64,000 nucleotides of DNA from Selaginella moellendorffii (lineage: Eukaryota; Plantae; Lycopodiophyta): the NCBI RefSeq assembly GCF_000143415.4, contig NW_003314276.1:521630-585629 (forward strand), given 5' to 3'. The notes beneath the pieces were generated by a model that ran no database searches, had not been told where the DNA came from, and was given only the letters and a program-made list of their open reading frames with translations. A program made the translations under genes and the position numbers. Below are positions 1 through 12,869 of the stretch, piece after piece. Every line of letters begins with the position of its first letter. The stretch's first letter is position 1.

Positions 1-3000
1 GAGTGTTTGCGGACTCCCTTTTCAAATCTCAAGAAAAATCTTTTAGTGGCATTCGTTTCGGATTAGATAACTGCCAGTAGCACGTTATTGCTCACAGGTA
101 GCTCACAATTACAGTAATATTTTTAAAAAAAGATGAACAACCTTAACAGTAAGCTATTTTTTTTTTGTTGTGCGGAGGTTTTTAGATGTTTAAAATGTTT
201 TCCAACCAAGAAAGACGTTCCAATCTGGGGCGGGTTTTCTATTAATGAGAATGGCATCAAATAAAAAAGATGTATGTGGATGTAAATTCTCATCTTAAGG
301 ATCACCTAAGACACTACATTATCTCAAGACAATAGCAGCGCTCTAACAGCACCTCGAGAAATTGAACACTTTGGGAAAGGGCATTATGAACATGTAGGCC
401 AGGCCTGGAATTCTCCGGAACACGAGTAATAACCACCCGGGAACCTCATAGGTGTTTCCTGGAGGTCAAAGTCTGGCCCAGGATTGACGAGAGGTTGTTA
501 TTTTTCTTTTTTGAAATATCACAAAAAGGAATGTGGGGAGCTTGGTTATCAAGCTCAAAACACGGGAAAAGAAAGGGCCAAACAGCTGCACAAGTATATA
601 TACACTTCAAAATCAAGTGGCAAAGTTTTGGATTTCTTTCTTTTTTTGCTCATGAAACTGAAGAAAAAAAAGGCGATGCTTGTTAGAAGTGGATGACTCA
701 AGTATTTATGCAACAAGTAGGAATATATAAAAGCGACATTCATCAACATTCAAAAGCAGGAGAATGAGACATGGAGCTCGTGGACCGCATGCATGGAATG
801 CATGTAGAAGTGTAGTTAAAGTAGTTTTTTCCTACGAACTTCCATTCTATCACGATCTGTGAAGTACTTGGTAGCAGATGGTGGCCATCAATTTGTGCTT
901 TACTACTAAACCTTTTGCAGATCCAGAATACTTGAATCTTGAATGTCCAAAATCTTGCTTGGCTATCGACTAATTTATGCTTGCTTTTTTTCTAAGTAAA
1001 CAACTCCGAAGAAGCTCAATTTAATATGCATGCAATCTTTGACTCCAACACAAATTTGGAAATCCACATAATCCTTCAAAACTAATGACTGTTAGTCAAA
1101 ATTCATTCACAGGGTTGTAACACAAGATGTTTCACTGTCAAGCCTTGAAGAGTGCAGACAGTGCTGGCGATTGGCCAAAGGAGATTGGTACTCAATTAAA
1201 ACCTGCCATGCTATAACCAAGAACTTGAAAGCAAAAAAATGATTACCTGTGAAGGTCCGTGAGTCTAATACTTGTTCATGATTTCTTGCACTTCGAAAAG
1301 GTAGGTTTGAAGAAAAGTTTTACCTGGATTCTGATGTAATTCCTGCATTGCATTGGTTGTCTCTTCACCATGTCAGAGGTTTCAAACCTTTGAATGGTAG
1401 CAGTACATACAAGGCAGTCGTCAAATGTAACATCCCAAATGAACTGCCTGGTGCAGCTTCAGACACCCCTTTGCTGCCATGTAAAACAGCTGTAACAAAT
1501 AAAAGGAATGATATGCCTCAAAAGATCTACAGTGTGATATATATTTCAGACCAACTGCATTTCACAAGCCGTGCAAACAAGTTGTACTTATGGAGACAGT
1601 CTCAAGTGGAAAAGACAATGGTAACTGTGTCCATAAGAACAGAAGATGAGGTCTAGATATGGCATGCAATCTGTAAACCATGCACGGACAGTTGTACGTG
1701 GCTGTATATAACCAGGCATTGTCCAGGTGGCAGCACCACATTGGCTGAATCCGAGTCTACACATGTACATGGTTGGATATTCCTGGAACATCACCCACAA
1801 ATATTTTCTAGAATCTAATGGCCATTCCCATCATGTTCATGACCCATACTATGACCCATTTCATGAGTCACGAAGGCAGGATCCCAGTCACCCTTTTTAT
1901 GAATCTCAGGTCCATTTCATGGTTTTGTTATCCCAAATTACCCAAGACTCTGTAGTCCTTCTCATTCATTAAGTTCACAATGTCACAACAAAGTAGAAGA
2001 CTAGAAGAGAAAATTGGCATAATACAAGGCAAGTACTTATCATAATGTGCTCATCTATAGCTAATTCTATAGTGTAAGTTCAACCAACTGTCAGGACCAT
2101 AGGGTAGGCAAAGATCTTCAACAAATGTTGAAACCTAAAGTACCACAACTATAGCAACTGCCAGTGGGTTGTATAATTTGGCTCGACCATCTTGTATTAC
2201 TAGCAATTCCATGTATTACCAAAGCTACAAGTGCAACAATTGTCTCATAACATGAAATTAGTGGCAAACTAAAAGGCAATGGCAAACTAAAAGGCAGTGC
2301 TATATCACAATAGCAAAGTAGAGAATTTCACCAAAATACTAAAATTTCTTTTGTAGCTTCAGAGATACAATAAGCTTTTAAAACTTGTTAAAAGGCAAGT
2401 CTAAATTAACCATTGTAGTGAAAAATTAAAAATCCAGGGTTTTGGGTGAGCAAGGATGGGCCAAAACTATTAAATGTATGTTGTTTGTTGTGGTAGAAAG
2501 ATTAGAATATTTAAAGATAGAAGTGTTCTCCATCCCCTAGTAGGCAATAACTTCTTTTCTATGTTTCATTGTATTGATCCTACTCTCATACAGCTTCATC
2601 AATCCTTCTCCCTCTCATTCCATAGAGTAGGTAAAAGGTTTCCTAAACCGTATAGTGCTTTGGATTTACTCAGCATATGAAACAAAGATCTGGCTACAAA
2701 AAGGCTCTAGGCTTGTGTCCAATTGGGTTAAAACTCATCCACATGCTTGTGGCCAGCAGTCCAAGCCAGCTTCTAGCACCAAGCCCAAACAAAAGGGGAA
2801 TGATATCAAAGACAAAGATGTAAAGAAGGATAGTTATATGACTGTTGAAGTCTAAATGAACCACACAGTCTAGAAGATTGTGGCTCTTGTTCCCAGAGTA
2901 GCAACAGTAATCCCATTCTAGAAAATTTATCGGTAACCCAACTATATCTTTGTCTATTGAAGGAAACAAGTGAAAAATTAAATGCCCAATAAAAATGGAA

Positions 3001-5758
3001 TATTCTCATGATGAACTTGGACTTTAATATTTGTTTGTAGAGTTTAGACAGTTTTGGAATTTCTTACTTTAAATTCACATTCACCATTTTTCAAGTGTTC
3101 CCTATGAGACTAGGCTAGAAAGCAATTGATATAGCAAGTATTGTGTGCACTCCTTGCTACGATAGCTTGTTGAGAACAAGCTCTCTCAAGCAAGTCTGGG
3201 CTGTGGGATGCTAGCCAGGCTGGTTGTTAACTGTATTACACCAAATCCATATTGGCTCACCCTACCTAAATTCAAGGGAGTCACATGCAAAGTGGTGCAA
3301 TTTCGAGAGTAACTTTCTATTCATTTTTGCAAAAGAAGCAATTTTCAAGTTAGGAGGATTATCACTCATAAACCATATCCATACCAATGATCTCAATGAT
3401 CTCAATGATCCAGGTGCACAAGTTCTAACCCATATGGTTACATATGGTTAACCCATGAGGCACTTGATGAATTGCTTTGGCTAGATGATTGTATGGACTT
3501 GGAAAACTTGAAAAAACACATTTGTGACAATTCTAGCCAATGTGACAAGTAGGATCCTTCTCCAATAGGGTCTTTGCCATGTCTCCATTGTCATTAAGTG
3601 AGCAAAACCTGCCTTTAGTATATCTACCACCTGCTTTGGCTCATTGAACAACACTTGCCACACTACCGTAGATATGCATTCTTCCATATTGTCAACATAG
3701 TTGTCATTGATCTTCAACTATAGTTGTAGGAGTTAGTTGAGATGCACAATTGCAAGTTCCTTAAGAGCATCTCAATTGCAAGTTCCTTAAGAATGGCTTC
3801 CGCAAACTCCTCCTAAACCTGTTTAGAGCCTCAATCTGTCACCTCTCAGAGAATGTTCATAGCATTCCTCACAATGGGCAAGATGGACTTCAGATCCATT
3901 TCAAATATTTTACCTTGGCATAATCTCTTGTCATCTTGCTTAGGCACCTCCTCTGTTGCTATTGCAAGCATGGCTATCATGCACATCTATGCATGTCAAT
4001 ACCTGGACATTATTCTCAAACACTTGGAAAAGAAGCCAATCCACAAACATCGCCTACATATTGAATACTTGTTAGAAAGAATTACAAAGGACCATCGAGA
4101 CTTACCAAGTTTCTATGACACTCCCGCAATCATGTCATATCAGGTAGCATCCTTAGATGCCAGTGGGCACCACCTTCTCCCATCACAAACATTCCCATCA
4201 ACTGCAAAGTGCAAAATATATGCCTTTGGCATCCACAATTTGGTCTTCCCAAAAAAGAAAAAAAACCATCGCCAAGTTCTACCACATACACCATGCTATG
4301 GCTTGTTAGATGCAGTTGGAGCTAAATTTTGATGGTAGCAAAAAGCAAATCTATACTGTTAGCCTTGAGCTATGCAACCTGTACAGTTGAAGCATCGCAT
4401 TGTCAATGAGGAAACACAAGAAATGCATGTAGAGTGTTTATGCTCATTCAACAAGTCCCTCAAACTTTGAATTGCATCCTTGTTTCTTTGTAGGTGCATA
4501 GAAAATATATTCAATATGAGAAAGCGTAGTGATGAGAGAATTATAACTCACCTTCTTTCCTAGTACCAAGATGTGGTCTCCTTCAATATGTTCTCTCTCC
4601 TTGTTATGCTTGATGCAATAGTGGGGAAGTCCTAAATGCTGCCATCATAAAAGAGTCATTCAAAGTCAGCCTCAAGGACCCTTACAGCAGCTAGGACTAA
4701 TTGCCACTCTTGCCAGTGTCTAGGCTATAGTCATTTAGCATATGACTTAGAAAAGCCTCACCACCCACCCAGACAAGTTCAACATGGCTAACAATGGCTA
4801 AAACCATGTTTTCATCCCCTCTACTTCCAATGCCAAAGTTTCCCAACAACTTATGCTTCAACCATTGCACTAGATGGCAAAGGTTTAGGTCATTTGTGGT
4901 CACCAACTCCATCTCTATAGCTGCATCCATGAGCTCCTATATGCAAAACAGGTTGAGCCGTATATCCTCCCTATTTGCAAGTGCAATAGCATTGTTGTAT
5001 TGGTCACTTGAGTCAAGCCATTGCTTTTGGTTGAACAAAAACTTGCATGCATTTTTATTAAGCCTTAGACCACACAATTCAAGGAAGACACTTACATGGA
5101 GATGTTGATATCATTTAGTAACTTTGTGACTTGTGCTAATGCCCCACCCATGTTTTCAGAAAAGGATGGTGGGGGAATGTCAACTTCTTCTAGCCCTTTA
5201 GGGCCTTCTTGGCTATTGTAGGTAAGAAGTGGATGCTCTCAAGAACATAGAACTTGTATAATGGACACAGTGAAAGCCATAAAAGTTTTTTTTACCTACA
5301 ACAACTTTTGCAACTGATATCTCTGGTAAAAGATATCCATAACAAATATCTAATTCTATCTCCTCTTGGGGCAATGAGTTATTGTTGACATCATTGATGC
5401 TCCTTCTCTACCACTTTATACTCATATTTTTCCTCAATAGGAACTTCTTGGCTGCCAACAGAGAGGTGCACTTCTTCTGCTACAGCTTGGATTTTAGCAG
5501 AAGTTGGGTTGTTCTTGGCACCTAGATGCATACCAAAACACTAATACTAAAGTATTATATTGTAAAGTTTACCATACCTTTTGTTAGTTCTTAGAGCTAG
5601 GCCACGTGCTTTCATTTGGTTTATGTTCTAGTGAGTAATGGTGAGATACTTGACCATGTTGTATAAGAAAATGACCATCAAGAGGGAAAAGGTGCTTTTG
5701 TTGTAAATGTAAACTCTTTGTGGGCCAGCCAGGCGATTGGATCGAACATGCTGACTAT

Positions 5759-6336
5759 TGTAAACTCCTGAATTTGGACTTTCCGAGAAGTTGTACTATT
5801 TAAACCCAAGGACACTTAACCCCAAGTATCCCAAAATCTTTAACTAATTGAAAAAACGGGTGCACTTTTATTTATAGGCCTTTTCCCTTTGTATTTGAAC
5901 CCCTATAGATCATTTTTCAAATTGTTCCCTTTGGTTGCTTACAGCTTCTTCATAAGTTCACACCCTTGTGAACGGAAGTTAAGAGCTATAACTCTCCCGA
6001 AAGCCCTACTCTCTTGACACCCTACCCCTTGGGTCGAGCCTAGCTAGAGTAAGCTGGACTTGTTAGATATCAATCAACATGTGGTGCAATTCCCCTAGCC
6101 AACTAATAGAGTCAGACTCAAGACCTCTTTGATACTAAATATAAACTCCTGAATTTAAACATTCCAGAAGGTCAACTAACCCAATACTATTCAAACCCAA
6201 TGACACTTAATTTCAAGTATTCTAAGACCCTTAACCAATTGGAAAAAGGGGTGCACTCTTATTTATAGGCCCTTTCCCTTTATATTTGAACCCTTATAGA
6301 TCATCTCTCAAGTCGTTCTCTTTTTGGTTATTTATA
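5759..6336 (-). mobile_element. Cassandra-type TRIM (5S-rRNA-bearing LTRs), full length but decayed: LTRs 5759-5943 and 6140-6336, internal domain ~196 bp
   Basis: Two ~190 bp direct repeats with TGT...ACA-type ends. Degenerate tRNA-iMet PBS (ctctttgatacta, 6125-6137) abuts the right LTR. LTRs contain the reverse complement of the 5S A-box to C-box region. Flanks actat/attgt may be a decayed TSD. Confidence 0.85.
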
Positions 6337-6365
6337 ATTGTTAGTTGTTGTTTGCAAAATTATGC

Positions 6366-6695
6366 TATAAGATCCTAAGTTTGGACTTCTTGGGAGGTCA
6401 CCCAACCTAGTACTATTCAACCCAAGGACGCTTAACCCCAAATATCCCAAGACCCTGAACCAATTAGAAAAGGGGGTGCACTTTTATTTATAGGCCTTTT
6501 CCCTATATATTTAAACCCCTATGGATCACTTCTCAAATCGTTCCCTTTGGTTGCTTACAATCCACCACGGCTCCCTACAAGTTCACAGACCCTTAACCAA
6601 TTGGAAAAGGGGGTGCACTCTTGTTTATGGGCCCTTCCCTCTATATTTGAACCCTTATGGATCATCTCTCAAGTCATTCTCTTTGGTTTCTTACA
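6366..6695 (-). mobile_element. Second Cassandra-type TRIM with an internal deletion (LTR 6366-6559, 28 bp internal remnant, truncated LTR 6588-6695)
   Basis: Perfect 5-bp TSD TATGC (6361-6365, 6696-6700). PPT-like tccaccac next to the left LTR. Deletion junction at the microhomology accctt. Confidence 0.85.
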
Positions 6696-9600
6696 TATGC
6701 ATAACTATCACCAATAGGGAGATATTCTAGCACCAAAAACAAGGGAAAAAAATAGTACAAGTCCAATAAAAAAAGGGTGTTATATATACCTCTAGCTTAG
6801 TTGGGAGTCAAGGTAAATCCTAGTGTGTACTCGTTGCCCTAGAGCTTGTATGGGTTTTAGTCAATCTCTCAAACAATGATGCTGATGAGTGGTGAGATGC
6901 CTCAATAGCCTAAATAGAACAGGGAGTGAGAAACATAAATTACACTCAAGAACCAACCAACTTACCGAGGCTTGCCATTTACAAGATGTTGAAGAAGATA
7001 GCATGGAGGCAATACAGCATTGGTATGGCAGCTAAGTTGCCTCTTCTATAGGGGAAGACATGGTGCAATTGTTGGCACAAAAGCCCCTAATGCCATGGTG
7101 TTGGTGCTTCTCATTCTTGTAACATTCACCCATACAAGTGTGGTAGGGACACACTTATGGGTTTCCAAAATAGGTAGAGATGCATTATGCTTGTGGGAAG
7201 GCTACTGGCTCATTGGTTGCCACAAACAAAGCCAGCATCAGTGAAATTTTGGAGAATTTGCATATGCTCTAGAGTAGAGATTTAGATGCTCCTTTTTGCT
7301 TGCTCATATGTTGTGGGAAGAAGTGGGATTGATCTTGTGGCCACCACAATTGTTCTTGGGGCTGCTCCAGGTTTGGGAAGATCTAATGGATTGTTTGTGT
7401 TGTTTGGGGGGTACCCCTCCTCTCCCTTTGTGGTATTGACCCAAATGCCTGCAAAACAATAAAGAGGAGGCAAAGAGTGAGAGGAGGATAAAGCTAAAGG
7501 ATTGATCACTCACCATTGTGCTTGGATCTATAGTGCTGAATCAAAGAAAATCATTGATTATTGGATAAAGTTGAATTGTGAACTTGCCACATTTGAGGAA
7601 CCCTAGAAGCTGTGTGGCAAAAATACAAACAATAATGATTGATTCAATCATGGGCCAATTACAACACAATCTTGCAAGATTGACAATCAAATATTGGTAA
7701 GGAAAGACCCTGACATGTCTTGGATCTCTTTTCCATCTTGGATTGGAACAATGTTGCAAGAGAAGAACAAAATCAAAGTACCACAAGGAATTGAAATTCT
7801 TACCCAAGTTCTCACTCCATGGGTTGAAATAGATTATTAGGAACATGAGATGGCTTGTAGAATTAGCCACAACAATAGGGACATGCCTTATGAAGATTCT
7901 ATGTAGCAACCTAGTGGGAAATATCCTTTGCAAGGTAAGGTGGTAATACATATATGAAACTTTGTATGTGCCATAGATTGAAGACATCCAAAATTCTGAT
8001 AACTTGAACAAGTGCTTATAAAACCATATAACATGCTCAAAAAGTTCACACCACAAGTGCTCAAAGTGCTTCAACAAAGTAGTGAGTAGTTGATTAGCTA
8101 AGAGACACAAATGCACTATACCTAGTTTTGTGTTGTATAAAACTTTTAGCTCTTACCCCCCAATAGCTCACCATATTAGCCTCAACCTTATGCTCAAGGG
8201 CATTGTCACTTCTCAATCATGTTGGCCTACCAAAGTGCCTCACATCCCATGCATAAGTGTTAACAATGGCATATACTTGCTTTGTGGTTGAGAGCTCACA
8301 AGAAACAATGTAATGAGTTATACCACAGATCACATCATGAACATAAAAACCATATGTCACAAGCTTGCAATAAGATTAGTTCCTAAGAATAGTTTGTAGA
8401 ATATAAAATTGAACTCACAGTCCATATGGCACAGTGCATAAGGCATATCATTTGAATATACTCGTTGGCAAATTCTAGTCATGTGTCTTTGTTGGAGTCT
8501 AGCTGGATTGTGTATAGCTAAAGCTTGCTGTATTTTATGTTGACTAAAACAATATCCTGCGATTCTACAGCTGTAGCAAGAGTTGATAATCCCCCCAGTT
8601 TTTGCTAGCATGATTCATAAAAATATTAGTTGGATAAGATTCACAAGATTCAATACCTCTCCTGGTGGCATCCTGTTATATACACCTCTTCAATTGGGAT
8701 CGATGAGCCTCATGTACTTGTACAGCATTAGCCTTGAAACTCCAAGGTAAGTTTCAAGGTAACTATTAGTTTTGGTCTCGAGAATTTTAAGTTGCATCCA
8801 AGTGGTAAAATCAGTTGGACTTCCAAAGCCTCGCAAATTTTCAAATCCCTATCCTCAATTATCTCGTTCTCAGCACTTCATTAATAAGAAACATCAATGC
8901 TATGATAGGCAACACTATATTCTTCATTCTCCACTAGACCTGCTTCTCCAATTAGATAAGGTAAATTGAAAAGCCTACACAAACCAATTGCTTCCACACA
9001 AGCCATTAGGAAATACCCTAGGCTAGACAGTTTTGACCCTACAATAGGATGATCTACAAACAGGAAATAGACTTCACCTCCTACTAGAAAACTCATCTAC
9101 CATGCTAGTTGAATCCCGTCTTGGGCAGCAACATTAGGGACCAGGACAAACACCGACCCTAAGTCAACAAGTCAAAGTCATGCTCATGTTGAATCAATGA
9201 ATGAATGGTCCTTGCATGTGCATGATAATGGAAACAAGCCATGGCCATGCAATGGGTGTATTATGGCCATAAAATTCTAGACAAATTGTAGGACATGGAT
9301 AGTCTTGTGCATTCAGTTTTTCAGACGCTTGCATATGATTGTCAGTGCATGGTTTACAAACTGCATGCCATACTAGCAGCACAAGGAGCAGCACTGGTAA
9401 ACCCTTAGGGAAGATGGCCTAGTTGTTACTGTGGGACTGCCCATTGCATCCTAGACTTCCTTGTAATAAACACCTCATGGAATCACATGGTTTCTAACAA
9501 AATGAAAAATATAAAACTTCTTGAAGGTTAGACAAGGCATGTAGTTTTCTGCACCAAATTTTAAAAAAAAATTTCAGCAAGAATTTTTCATTTGCTAATC

Positions 9601-9993
9601 CATTGTATTACAATTGTTAAAGTCTTACATTCAGTTTTTGATGTGGGAAGAATTGAGATCCAGAAAGGCGGTCAAGATCAAACCTCCATCAAATCCTTGC
9701 ATAGACTGTAAATTTTTAGACAATGCAAGGTGTAAAGTTTTTATGGAGGTTTGATCTTTGCTTGCTCCGTTAACAACAGGACTTCTATAACTTGGTTCAT
9801 AGCCTGTGGTTCTCAACATGATGCATGAGACTTTCTTTTACTTTCTTATATGTTTAGTTTGAATAGCTTTCACGTTTAATGTACATGATGCTTGTAGTGG
9901 TAGTATTACAGCAAATTACTTCACAGAAAAAGCCAAAGAAAATAAGAAATTCATGTAATTGTTAAAGGCTGATATCCTTAAATATAATAGGTT

Positions 9994-10243
9994 ATGACCC
10001 TTCAAAGTGTCAATCGAAGACAACTGAATTGGATGGACTGCAAGAGATGCATCTAGTTGGCAGGCACCATTTAGATTTCCCAGAAGGTATCATCTATTAT
10101 GTTTAGCTTACTAATATTGTGTTGGTTGTATAGAGGTCTGCGATTAACGGATGTCAAATTGAGAATCACACATTGTGGTATTTGCCACACTAATTTACAT
10201 TTAATTCACAATGAATGGGGATCCTCCAAGTATCCCATGGTTT
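9994..10243 (+). pseudogene. CAD: Cinnamyl alcohol dehydrogenase-like gene, 5' part (exons 1-2), interrupted by the retroelement nest
   Basis: Translates EDN*IGWTARDASSWQAPFRFPR | GLRLTDVKLRITHCGICHTNLHLIHNEWGSSKYPMV, the CAD N-terminus with the catalytic-Zn Cys. One in-frame TGA; start position approximate. Confidence 0.85.
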
Positions 10244-11275
10244 TGTGAGCCACAAATTTTTCCTTTCCAATTTGCCAGTTTACTTTGTTTATCTAACCAA
10301 TACTACCTTGGCCTTAGTTAAATTCCCTTGCCAAAGTTCTCGCTTATTGTACCAGCTCTTACTTGGTCCTACTTAGTTTTAGCTACTGATTGCACGAGTA
10401 ACGGAGCATTGCCATCCATCCACGGATTCCCAAATCTCTCCCAATCCCTTTCCTCGGGTTAGACTAGACTTAAGGTTCAACTATGCTCCCCATAGGCATA
10501 AACAGCCAAGCACACCAAGCCACCAAGTTCCTAACATCCCTTGGTACAACAAGATTTAATCATGGAACCCTCTAAATCCTAAGTCTTGGGTGCAACACTT
10601 GATTAGGGACACCGGAATTAAACACTGTGGCCTAATAGCCTGGTGTGGGTACCCTTACTCTCCCACTTCCATCCCAAAGGGAAGGTCCAAGCCCCTAGGA
10701 AGGGTGAGAACCAATGAGCTACAAGGCACTCAAGTGGGACACCACTCCACATGAGCCAGTTGGTTTCCCTTCTGGGAGTGGGAGTTGCTTTTGAGCACTT
10801 CCTTGGGTAGCCCCTTTGGCGCCACCCGAGTCCATGCTCACTCCCACCCAAGGCCCCTCAGCCCCAGTCTCAACCTCAAGTCAGTTTGGAAGCACCACTA
10901 GAGAGTTCTTTCAAGACTAGTTCCTAGACCTCACTACCCTTAGTATACTTTTAGTATTCAAACTTGGTCTTGGACTTGACCTCAGACTCAATCTCGAACT
11001 CGATCTTGGACCCGACCTTAGACTCTATCTCCAACTCAATCTCAGACTCGGTCTTGGACTCAATCTCGGATTTCGGACTGGGTCTTGAACTTGGTCTTCA
11101 ACTCGGTCTCGAACTCGGTCTCAAACTTGGTCTTGGACTCGATCTCAGACTCGGTCTCGAACTCGGTCTTAGAATTGGTCTCAGACTCGGTCTCATCCAA
11201 TGAACTCTATATCATTTTTATCGTGCTTTCAGGGATCTTTTAGCCTTTGACACCTCAGAAAGTTGGTTCCTTACA
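10244..11275 (-). repeat. 3' LTR of Gypsy copy A
   Basis: tgtgagccacaaat...ggttccttaca, homologous to 22004-23167. Carries a ~70 bp internal deletion. Confidence 0.92.
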
Positions 11276-11433
11276 ACTCCATCTGGGGGCATCCCCCCAC
11301 TTAGTGGTGTGCCTAAGTTAGCCTCCCCAGCCAAGAGCCCATAACAATAGAATATATGTGTCCCTATACCCCTCCCCTCACCACGCCCTAGTATGGGGTT
11401 GGGACTTGAACCCAGCCTTGCTTTACTAGAGGG

Positions 11434-12572
11434 TGTCCCGAATGTGATTTCGGGTATCGAAAGTTACCTGTCGGTTAGTCCTTACGGACACTCTTATCTT
11501 ACTGCCACGATGGCAGGAGGTCGGTATTGCTGGACCCATTATCAGTTTCCCACTTGAGCTAGTTGAGAAACTGGTCAATGACCATGAACTTAGATCGGAT
11601 AAACATAAGGTAGGAACCCTATGTGTTTCTTGTTGAGCATACTCGGCCCGGTTTGAGAAACTTGAGTCATTGGCTTGCACTTGCTAGTATCAAGAACCCC
11701 TGTGATATTGAGATTGGTCCCTCAATATCGCTAGATGATAGCTTACCGTGTCTGCCAAACACCCTTGCTATCATGCCCTTTGTGTTGGTCTCATTTCTGT
11801 CCCAAATGCTATTTATGGAAAGTGTCCAGATTTGCTTATTTGGCATATCTACGGAATGTAGAGATTGTCCTGAACACAATGGTGTTCGTCCCATGTCCAA
11901 ATTCGCAATCTAGGGACATTCTATATTTAGTAAGTTTCGAGCTTGTCCCAGAGACTAACTCCTGATACTAAGGGAGGTTTGGGGTGAAAGCCCAAAGCGT
12001 GTGTTCCTGAGGGGGGGGGGGGGGGAGGGGCTGTGGGGGGTTCCAAATGTATAGTAGGGATAGTGGGTAGGTCGGGCATGGCCGACCAACCTGAGGCATA
12101 GTCTAGCTACCGCTTGTGTGCCTGTCTTTGTTCTGCATCCGGCTTGGGTCTAAGCCCAAGTTCCATTCCATGCTAGCTGGTGGAGTACCCATATCCTCAC
12201 GTTAGGCCACTGGTATGCCGAAATAGCGCGAGACTCCATTTGGCTCCGTTTTGCATGCTAGTCCTGGCATTGGGATGCTGGTTGTTCTAGGACTGTTCCA
12301 AGTCGCTTCGGGCTCCTATCCCTTCGCTCCTTGGGCTGTACGCTCGGGAGTAGCTTCGTGGTTCGGTTCCGTCACTCCTTGGCTCCATGCTTGGGAGTTT
12401 GGCACCGTTCCTTCGTTCAGTGGCCCAAGGCCCTGAACCTCGGGTTCCACACCACGGTCCTTTGGACACGTGGCATCTGTCACGTGGCACAAAGAGGGTT
12501 TAGGTTCCGCTTCGTGGTGTTATCCTATGGTAAATCACCATAGGATAAAGGGTAAAAACCACGTGCGTTACA
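11434..12572 (+). repeat. 1.14-kb LTR of another family, + orientation, followed by a PBS
   Basis: TGTCCCG...GCGTTACA, then tttcgtatcagag (12573-12585, ~TGGTATCAGAG). Carries the ggggtgaaagcccaaagcgt...gtatagtaggg core shared with the other large LTRs. Confidence 0.75.
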
Positions 12573-12869
12573 TTTCGTATCAGAGACAACTGTAGCACAC
12601 CTTACTCCACACAAGAGGAAGGACGTACGCATGGATGCCCAATACGTACGATTTCAAATTTAGGGGTAGGAATATACCTTGCTCAAGGGTATATTATACT
12701 TTTTAAGTAGCCACTAATCAATGGGAATCGAACCCGTGCCATTTACTCCGATACCAACTGTAGCGCACCTTATCTCTCTCCCCTTAAGCTAATTGGAAAA
12801 GGGGCAATTGCTTGATGAGAGAGCCCTTAGTGGCTATTTTATCCCCATTTATGCCCCAAGGTTCCAAGG

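Noticed and set aside
5759-6695. Repeat cluster resembling a CRISPR array or 5S rDNA array
   Set aside because: The units are ~190 bp LTRs with PBS, PPT and TSD. Only an internal 55-nt piece of 5S is present, there are no cas genes and the context is eukaryotic.
12715-12757. tRNA gene suggested by GGTTCGATTCCC
   Set aside because: No cloverleaf; it directly follows a PBS in a TRIM internal domain.
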